A stretch of DNA of 63,981 nucleotides, the filler included, from Octopus bimaculoides (lineage: Eukaryota), in the NCBI RefSeq assembly GCF_001194135.2. It is 5 parts of 5 records of this genome, joined end to end, with 100 filler letters (N's around TTAATTAATTAA, not from the genome) between each part and the next. Parts side by side here need not be neighbours in the genome. Positions count along the whole stretch, not along the records: positions 52,302 to 62,507 come from NC_069003.1; positions 62,608 to 63,981 come from NW_026365795.1; 3 more parts are not named here. One strand, 5' to 3'. A program made the translations under genes and the position numbers. Of the stretch, positions 55,041 through 63,981 are shown one piece after another (the stretch's first letter is position 1; each line of letters starts with the position of its first letter). Below the pieces are notes generated by a model, which worked only from the letters and a program-made list of their open reading frames with translations, searched no databases and had not been told where the DNA came from.

Positions 55041-55559
55041 AGAAAACAATATATGGGCTTCATGGATGTGTTGATGACAAGTGACCGAGACCTCTGGCGA
55101 TAATCTGTGAATGAGAAAACTCATCAGGCCAAGTGAAATTGTAGTTGTACTTGTGACAAAGTAGTCATGGCCATTGTTGGTGCCATGAAGACAGCATCTG
55201 TGAAATTGGAGTTGGACAGTCACTGGTGCCTTGTAGATGTCATGTAAATGACACCCATGTATTGTAGTCGTGGTGGTCGCCAGTACCATATAAAGGGCGC
55301 CTGTGAATCATTGTGATCACTGTGGGTGCCATTTAAACGGCACCTGTGCTGGTGGTATGTAAAATCACCCATTACACTCCTGGAGTGGTTAGCATTCGGA
55401 AGGGCATCCAGCCATAGAAACCATGCCAAATCAGACTGGAACCTGGTGCAGCTCTCTGGCTCATCAACACCAGTTAAACCATCTAACCCATGTCAGCATG
55501 GAAAGTGAATGTTAAATGATGATAATGATGATGATGATGATGATGATGACATACATGCA

Positions 55560-55592
<33 letters not shown>

Positions 55593-55598
55593 GTGTGT

Positions 55599-55973
55599 GT
55601 TGGCACTCCGTTGCTTACGATGTTGAGGGTTCTAGTTGATTCGATCAATGGAACAGCCTGCTCATGAAATTAACGTGCAAGTGGCTGAGCACTCCACAGA
55701 CACGTGTACCCTTAACGTAGTTCTCAGGGAGATTCAGAGTGACACAGTGTGACAAGGCTGACCCTTTGAATTACAGGCACAACAGAAACAGGAAGTAAGA
55801 GAAAGTTGTGGTGAAAGAGTACAGCAGGGTTCGCCACCATCCCCTGCCGGAACCTCGTGGAGCTTTAGGTGTTTTCACTCAATAAACACTCACAACACCC
55901 GGTCTGGCAATCAAAACCGCGATCCTATGACCACAAGTCCGCTGCCCTAACCACTGGGCTATTACGCCTCCAC
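55599..55973 (-). mobile_element. SINE family B copy
   Basis: Near-identical to the 57756-58141 copy. Confidence 0.88.
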
Positions 55974-56969
55974 ACATACATACATACATACATACATACA
56001 ACGAGCTTCAACACAGTTTATGCCTACCAAATTCATCTACTATGCATTGGTCAGTTTAGAACTATAGCAGAAGATATTTGTCCAAGGTGCCATGTTGTGA
56101 GACTGAACCATTCCTGACTCCATATACCTTTCCTGATTAATGCCTCCAATCTATTTTTGAATTTTGACCTTTTGAATTTTGACCACAGATGGTGCACTGA
56201 GAGTAACTATGTTGTTAAGTTTTGTGTGTATATATAGGAATAACTTATTGCTGATTTATTCACAGAACAAACAAAAGCACAACCGTTTTCACCTTAGGTA
56301 GTTTTCTGACATTGATTTTAAAATGCAAATAGATATTCTCTGATGTTAAATTTTGTTGTTGTCTACATTCAAATATATCCAGCTGTGCTGTATTTGCTAT
56401 TCATGTTCTTTTATCTCAAAGCTATTGAATAAAATATAAAGCCTAACATAAATGTGTTAACATAAAAAGTTCAGAACATTCAAATTCTATAAAAAAAAAA
56501 ACAAATAAGAGAATAGGACAATACCAATGATTAGCACAATCTTTGTGTATATGTTTGTATATATCCACATGTGTGAAAGAGCATGGCTCAGTGGTTAGGG
56601 CATCAAGTTCATAATCCTGGGGTAGTGAGTTCAATTCCCAGACCAAGCTGTGCATTGTGTTCTTGAGCTAGACGCTTTATTTCTCATAGCTCTAGTTTAC
56701 TCAGCTGTAGAAATGAGCTGTGATATCACTGGTGCCAAGTTGTATCAGCCTTTGCCTTTCTCTTGGATAATATCAGTGGTGTGGAAAAGGGTTGCTGGTA
56801 TGCATGAGCAACTGCTGATCGTCCATAAACCACCTTGTCCAGACTTGTAGCTTAGAGGGGAGCTTTCTCGGTGCAATTTCATGGTCATTAATGTCTGAAG
56901 GGAGTCTTTGCCTTTACCTTTTAAATCTGTATAATGTTATATGTGAGTGTGTGTGCCTATATGCATGCA

Positions 56970-57010
<41 letters not shown>

Positions 57011-57034
57011 TTGTGTGTGTGTGTNNNNNNNNNN

Positions 57035-57074
<40 letters not shown>

Positions 57075-57755
57075 ACGTGTGTGTGCGCGTATACATATGG
57101 ACTAATCTCTACTCTCAAAATTGTTGACCTTGTGTCTAAATTAGGAACCATTGTTATTTTTATTAATTAGAAATATGGTGGCAAGCTGGCAGAAAAAATA
57201 CTTAGTGGCATTTTTCTGATTCTTCATGTTCTGAGTTCAAATCTCGCTAAGGTTTACTTTGCTTTTCATTCTTTCAAGGTCAATAAAATAACATACCAGT
57301 TCAGAACTGAAGTCAGTGTAAACGACTAGCCCTTCCCCTTAAAACTTGTGTCAAAATTAAGAAGAATTATTTAGAACATAATTTAACATGACATTCTGAT
57401 AAATTATCTTAAACAGGAAATTTATAACATAGTAAGTGAGCTTAGTCACAGGTGACAGCCACGTAAAGAATTTTGCGTGTTTGGCAATAGCTTGTTCAAT
57501 TAATGATAAATCATCCACAGATGTTTTTGTTAATAAAAGAAGATTTATGCAGATCAATTGTTGCAGTTGTGGAGGTGGTTTGCTGTTACTGTTTTTGTTG
57601 TTGATGATGGTGTTGATGCTTACCCCTAGGTCAGTTGATACAACAAGGTTTTGATCAATGGTATAACGGTGACCATCCCTCTGTCCTTCATTGTTGATCT
57701 TGTTTGTTGTTGTTTAGAACCCAACTCATCCCCATTAGGTCAGTTCTAATCCAGT

Positions 57756-58141
57756 TGTTGTTGGCACTCCGTCGCTTATGACGTCGAGGGTTCCAGTTGA
57801 TCCAATCAACGGAACAGCCTGCTCATGAAATTAATGTGCAAGTGGCTGAGCACTCCACAGACACATGTACCCTTAACGTAGTTCTCGGGGGAGATTCAGC
57901 ATGACACGGTGTGACAAGGCTGACCCTTTGAATTACAGGCACAACAGAAACAGGAAGTAAGAGTAAGAGAAAGTTGTGATGGAAGAGTACAGCAGGGTTC
58001 GCCACCATCCCCTGCCGGAGCCTCGTGGAGCTTTTTAGGTGTTTTCGCTCAATAAACACTCACAACGCCCGGTCTGGCAATCGAAACCGCGATCCTATGA
58101 CCGCGAGTCCGCTACCCTAACCACTGGGCCATTGTACCTCC
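57756..58141 (-). mobile_element. tRNA-derived SINE, family B, with target-site duplication
   Basis: Runs gttggcactccgtcgc...gcaagtggctgagcactccacagacac...aaccactgggccatt. The 11-bp TSD TCTAATCCAGT lies at 57745-57755 and 58142-58152. Confidence 0.9.
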
Positions 58142-59189
58142 TCTAATCCAGTAGAACTATAATAAAAGGCATTCCATCCATGACCACCCATTTTCAGAAA
58201 TAACTTTTTTTGATTTCCTAGGCATAATATGTCCGGCATAATTAATTTACCCAATATCTCACTCAAATATTCCATAAGACACACCTGTCATTTCCAACAG
58301 TGCAATAAGGTAAAATAAAAGAGGAGAAACTAGGACTGTTTTAATCTATTTAGTCCTCTTGTTACCGTATTTCTGACTTTTGCTTCAATTGATTTTGAAA
58401 ATATTGAAGAATTTAATAAAATAGCTTTGTTTTCTATAACCCACCAGAGATCATCCTCTGGTTGAGCTTACAGAAACAGCACACCAGGCGAAGAGCTTAG
58501 TGGTATTTTATCTGTCTTTATGTTCTGAGTGAAATTCTGCTGAGGTCAACTTTGCCTTTCATCCTGTTGCGGTCGATAAATTAAGTAAAAGTTGTGTACT
58601 GGGGTCGATCTATTTGACTGGCCCCCTACCCAAAAATTTCAGTCCTTGTGCCTAGAATAGAAGAGAATATTCTGAATTAATCATGTATTATCTTGTAGCT
58701 AAATAAAATTCGATTTCCATTATTGTTATAAAGTAAAATATTCCATTGCCATCATAATGTGATTGCTTATTTTTAGAATGACATTGTAGGATGTGAGAGG
58801 CCAGATGTGGCCAGTTTTGATATAAAACTAGTAGAACATTTAGGCTGGATACAGTTGGTTTGAATGCTAAAGGGTTCAAGTTACATGCAAACTTTCTTCC
58901 ATGAAAATTTCATCTTAATTTATGTATCAAATGCCAGTTAGATAATAACAAAAGAAAAGCATTGGAAAACAGATTATAGCAGCAACTCCATCTAAGAATA
59001 TCTGAAGAAGGAATTGTATTCCGAAATATCATCAGACTATAGATAACTAAATTACAACAGGTATATATAGACTATATACCTTTTGTATTATAGTGCATTG
59101 TTGTACCATTCAAAACTTTTTATTCTTTACAAAGAATACACAATGCTTCAAGCGAACTACAATACTCTCCTAAACATTAATAAGTCATA

Positions 59190-59930
59190 CAATATTCAAC
59201 TTTTTAGTTACTTTATTTCTGTTGAAATATGGTAACAAATATGGCCTTTGTTTTAAATAATTTTGAAAATAATTAAGCATTTAGTAAAATAACTTTGTTA
59301 TTATCATTGAGCTGGGGTTTGGAATATAAATTAACATGAAATTTTGATGAAAGATTTAAATTTAGATCACTTTAAAACAGGAAGTTTGTATTATAGAAAC
59401 AGGGGCAGTCTTAGGTGAGTTAAAAAAAACACAGACTGAGTCAAACAACATTTAACATTTTTGTTACCATATTTCTATTGAAATACACTGCCTTTGATTT
59501 CACTAATTTTGAAAATAATGAATTTGGTAGAATAACTGTCCTTATTAAGCTGATGTCTGGAATATAAATTACCATGAAATTTTGATGGAAGAAAGTTTTA
59601 ATTTAGATTACTTTAAAAATAGGGATGTTTGTATCATAGAACAGGGGATGATCTCATGTAGATTACAAAACACATAGACTGATGGAATCATACAAAATAT
59701 TTAACACTTTTGTAACTATATTTGTTCAAATACATCAACCTTTATTTCAAATAAATTTTAAAATAATGAAGAATTTGGTAAAATAACTGTCGTTATCGTA
59801 CTTTGGGACATAAATTAACATGAAATTTTGATGGAAGAGTGTTAAAATTTAGATCACTTTAAAAAATGAAGTTTGTGTTGTGGAATCAGGAAAGGTCTCA
59901 GGTGGATTCAAGTGGGATAAAAAGGGCTAA
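59190..59930. mobile_element. Three tandem degenerate copies of an approximately 240-bp MITE-like unit
   Basis: The motif catgaaattttgatg recurs at about 59335, 59575 and 59820. Unit starts resemble ttaacccttttgttacc and the array ends in aaaagggctaa (TTAA/CCC-type ends). Confidence 0.65.
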
Positions 59931-61319
59931 TGGATAGGGAATGACTAGCTGTTGAGTTCATCCACAATTGAAGATGGATACTGTGTTTTTTAATGTCTTA
60001 TAAAAGCATCCATCTACCCAACCATACTGAAAAGTGATACCCTAATGTGACATTGCTAGTTTAATCATGGGTGACCTGACCTGACTATGAAACAAGTATT
60101 ATTGGTTTATATGGTTAAGTGTAGCCAGAGCTTCCAGGAAAAATATTGGCTTCACATTTTGGCACCAGGCTAGCAATTTTGGGGGAAACAGTAAGTTGAT
60201 TACATCGACCCTAGTGCTCAACTGGTACCTATTTTATTGACCCCAAATCAATGAAAGGTAAAGTCAACCTTGGCGGAATTTGAACTCAGAATGTAAAGAT
60301 GGATGAAATGACTGGTATGCTAACAATTTTACCAGCTTGCCGCCTTAATATTTCAGATTTTGGCACAAGGCCAGACATTTCAGGGTAAGGGATAAGTCAA
60401 TTACATTGACCCTAATGTTCAACTGGTACTTATTTTATTGACCTCGAAAGGATGAAAGGCAAAGTTGACTCCAGCAGCATTTGAACTCTGAACACAAAAT
60501 CTGGAGAAATGCTGCAAAGCATTTTTCCCAGTATGGTAACAATTCTACCACCTCACCACCTCCAAGAGAAATATTGCAAGATGGGACAAGATTGCTTTCA
60601 GATCTTACTTCAAAATGGGATGTGATGGAGATTGGGCTGCCTTGAATCTCTGGTCCCAGGATCTGACATATCAACTAAGCCCTTCTCACTCGCAAAGACT
60701 CCTGCAGGTCATATTGCATTTGATCCTAAAATAAAATGCAATCAAAACTGCATTAATAAATGTATGTGTGAATGTGGGTGTATGTGTATGTATGCACTTG
60801 CATATTTGCATATATATATATGTTTATATATGTATGTATGCATGCATGTATGTATGTATGTATGTATGTATGTATGTATGTATGTATGTATGTATGTATG
60901 TATAGAATTATGAATTTGTCTTGCAAGATTCCTGATGTGAAATCGTGTGTTGAAACAGATATTGTTATATTTTGAAATGGTCATTTTATTTTTTTGTCAA
61001 ATAAACACACACACTATATATTTGTTCTTCCTTTCAGATTTATTATTGTCTTATTTTATATCCTTTGCATGGANNNNNNNNNNNNNNNNNNNNNNNNNNN
61101 NNNNNNNNNNNNNNNNNNNNNNNNNNNNNNNNNNNNNNNNNNNNNNNNNNNNNNNNNNNNNNNNNNNNNNNNNNNNNNNNNNNNNNNNNNNNNNNNNNNN
61201 NNNNNNNNNNNNNNNNNNNNNNNNNNNNNNNNNNNNNNNNNNNNNNNNNNNNNNNNNNNNNNNNNNNNNNNNNNNNNNNNTATATATACACACACACACA
61301 TACATACATACATGTCCCA

Positions 61320-62350
61320 CTCTCGAACTATATGGTTGTTATATTGACAACTGTATTGGTGCGTCCTCACTCTCCTGCAAACATCTAGACTCCTTCCTCT
61401 CTTTTGTCAAATCTTTCCATCCTGCCCTCCACTTCTCCTGCACTATCTCTGACACCTCTGTCTCCTTTCTTGATATTTTGGTCAGCATTCATCACTGCAC
61501 TCTTACCACCTCCATCCACTACAAACACACAGACTCACACTCATACCTCAACTTCTCCTCCTCCCACCCTAAACACACCAAGCTTTCCATCCCCTATTCT
61601 CAATTCCTCCATCTACGCAGGCTCTGTAGTGATGACTATGACTTTGAGACTCAGTCTCAACTCATGGCTTGCCACTTCATTCTACGTGGATATCCCCTCA
61701 CCACTATCCACACCGTCCTTGCCAGGGGTATGTTCCATGGACCATGCATCTTCTCTCCTTCTGCACTCGTTCCACCACCTCCTGTCTCCCCTCACTTACC
61801 ACCCCACCACCCTACCTCGTCAACGCACCATTCTCCAAGCCTTCCGGTGACTCCAGTCTGACCCCCTCCACTTCACACATCTTCCCTCTTCCTTCAAATG
61901 AGCCCACAACCTACGAGACCTCTTGGTTCACAGCTTCTTCCCTAACCCAACCTCACAACCCGGATTGTTCCCCTGCTCCCGCCCACACTGCTGTACTTGC
62001 CCTTACCTCTTCAACACCACCCTCCTCACCGGCACCCATCATCGACTCTATCATATCACTGACTCATATCACTTCTACCAATGTCATCTACTGCATCTCC
62101 TGCTCTCTGCCTTCTCTATACATCGAGCAAACGGGACGCCACTTGGCTGACCAGTTCGCGGAACACCCCTGAGACATCTGACTTGGCAATGGCACCCCGG
62201 TCTTGCGCCATTTCCCCTCTACCAGTCACTCTTTGCAACACCTGTCTGTGTTCGGATTGTCCTTGCACAGGGACCATCCGGACTCCCGTTTGCGCTGTGA
62301 ACAGGGATTAATCTTCTCTCTTTGCCCCTTTGTGCCACATGGGCTCAACT
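61320..62350 (+). mobile_element. Penelope-like element remnant (RT C-terminus plus GIY-YIG endonuclease)
   Basis: YIDNCIG (YxDD site decayed), SVSFLDILVSI, TTSIHYKHTDSHSYLNFSSSHP..TKLSIPYSQFLHLRRLCS, then NVIYCISCS..LYIEQTGR.LADQFAEH and EQGLIFSL...PHGLN. Frameshifted. Confidence 0.88.
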
Positions 62351-62830
62351 GTCCTCCCCTTTCCTCTCTCCCTCTCACACCTACTTCCTCCCACCCACCT
62401 CTCCTCTCTTGCTCCTACTCCTGCTTCTTCTCTTCACTCCTACTTCTTTTCTTCACTCCTACTTCTCTTCACTCCTACTCTCCTCTCTTCTCTTCACTCC
62501 TACCCACNNNNNNNNNNNNNNNNNNNNNNNNNNNNNNNNNNNNNNNNNNNNTTAATTAATTAANNNNNNNNNNNNNNNNNNNNNNNNNNNNNNNNNNNNN
62601 NNNNNNNAAAGTATTTGCTGTCCTCGGACCCCCTGTCTTGTCCTTGCGGACCCCCTGGTGGTGTTGAGTGTAAGGCAAGAGGTGTCACATTTGAAGTAGT
62701 GGTGGTGTTGAATGCTAGGTGAAGGGTCACCTACATTTGAGAGTAATAGTAGTAGTGATGGTGGTGATAGTGGTAGTGATGGTGGTGGTGGTGATGGTGT
62801 TGAGTGTAAGCCGAGAGAGGTGTCACTTAC

Positions 62831-62971
62831 GAATGTTCTCTGGTTTAAAAGTTGCCACGATACGAAACACGTAGTCCGTCGCTTCTTCCTCGTCTGTACT
62901 GGAGCTACTTGTACTGCCTTCCTTGCTGGACATTTTGTTGCATTTACGACGGAGCTTTGGAAATACTTTCC
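62831..62971 (-). CDS. SGSM1: Next SGSM exon: (G)KVFPKLRRKCNKMSSKEGSTSSSSTDEEEATDYVFRIVATFKPENI
   Basis: Splices in frame to the previous exon to give RGKGKVFPKLR and contains the family motif ATDYVFRI. Acceptor cctttttcttgttatcag and donor C|gtaagt. 141 nt, phase 1 to 1. Confidence 0.9.
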
Positions 62972-63674
62972 CTGATAACAAGAAAAAGGACAAAAAAAAA
63001 AAAACAGAACAAGCAACGATAAGATGGATGGCACCGAAAACAAGTTGGATCTCTTCTGGTTAAAACACATCTTTAAAGATACCACTTTAGCGTACGGTCT
63101 ATGCGGTTAGGGCATTTGGCTCATGATTGTAAAGTTGTGATTTTGATTGCTGGTGGTGGATTGTGTCCTTCAGCAAGATACATCACTTCACTTCAGTGCG
63201 CTCAGCAAGCAAAAATGAGCTGTAACTGTAATTTAAAGGGCCAGCCTTGTCACATTGAGCTCTTCGGATCTGAAGAGTTAGCCTTCTGTATCTGCATTGG
63301 TTTGTACTGTGCAATTTATAACATACTGTAAAGTGGTCGGCATTTGGAAGGGCATCCAGCTGTAAAAAGCATGCCAAAACTAACTTCACCTGTGCTGGTT
63401 CCACGTAAAAAAAAACACTGAGTCCACTCTGCAGAGTGGTTGATGTTAGGAAGGGCATACAGCCATAAAAACCTGCCAAAACAGACAGAGTAGCATAGGG
63501 TAGTTTTTCTACCTGGCCGGCACCTGTCAACCATCCTACCCATGCATGCGTGAAAGATGGACGTTAGACGACGATGATGATGATTCATAACTTAGTGCAG
63601 ACACGTAAACAAACACTTCAGACATCTTCAACAAGTGTTTGTTGGGAGAAAATTTCAGTTGAAAAAAAACTTAC

Positions 63675-63839
63675 CTTTCCCTCGCTGTGACCAAAGAGGG
63701 GGATCGAGTTGTCCGTGGGGTAGGAGTCCATTTTCCAGACAGGACAAGAAAGCTAACAGGTGACCGCCTTTGGGGAAGTGTATAGGAGGCCGCTGGACTC
63801 CGTCTTGGCCGACAAGCACAATTGTTCCACCATAATCGG
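63675..63839 (-). CDS. SGSM1: Internal coding exon of an SGSM1/SGSM2-like RUN-TBC RabGAP (PH-like region): [55 protein letters not shown]
   Basis: The peptide closely matches the SGSM1/2 segment I recall ([46 protein letters not shown]). Acceptor ccctttctttcag and donor G|gtaagt are canonical. 165 nt, phase 1 to 1. SGSM1 versus SGSM2 cannot be resolved; this is likely a single invertebrate orthologue. Confidence 0.92.
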
Positions 63840-63981
63840 CTGAAAGAAAGGGACAGAGATTTGTAATGATCAATCGTATAGGATTTACCGTTGTTCAGAT
63901 GTATCCGGCACATTAAATATACTGCATATATCTGTTGGCACTCCGTCGCTTACGATGTCGAGGGTTCCAGTTGATCCAATC

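Noticed and set aside
60606-60700. Exon candidate ending at a gtaaga donor
   Set aside because: The phase 1 reading hits TGA just before the donor and the acceptors are weak.
63675-63839. Initial thought of TBC1D16
   Set aside because: The motif [12 protein letters not shown]...GKGKVFP plus ATDYVFRI is characteristic of SGSM1/2, not TBC1D16.

Overview
Eukaryotic, AT-rich, microsatellite-saturated genomic DNA with many assembly gaps. The repeat families resemble those I recall from octopus genomes (inference, not verified). The only clearly recognisable host gene is an SGSM1/SGSM2 (RUTBC; RUN plus TBC RabGAP) homologue on the minus strand. It has two firm exons at 63675-63839 and 62831-62971 and one plausible 69-nt exon at 18656-18724, so most of the window is probably intronic. 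The rest is a transposon graveyard: several tRNA-derived and RTE-tailed SINE families, RTE LINE fragments, two Penelope-like (GIY-YIG) remnants, a Ty3/gypsy gag-pro-RT remnant, a full-length DD37D (maT) Tc1/mariner relic with TIRs and TA target duplication, and hAT-type and TTAA-type MITEs. The most interesting signal is a Penelope/hammerhead theme. It comprises an apparently intact minimal type I hammerhead ribozyme just downstream of a tRNA-derived Pol III promoter (27900-28125), further hammerhead-like motifs, and two long near-perfect hairpins (4104-4360, 41440-41659), each next to a decayed hammerhead-like motif. Four artificial 44N-TTAATTAATTAA-44N joins mean contig adjacency is not proven. 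Nearly all listed ORFs are microsatellite or gap artefacts.
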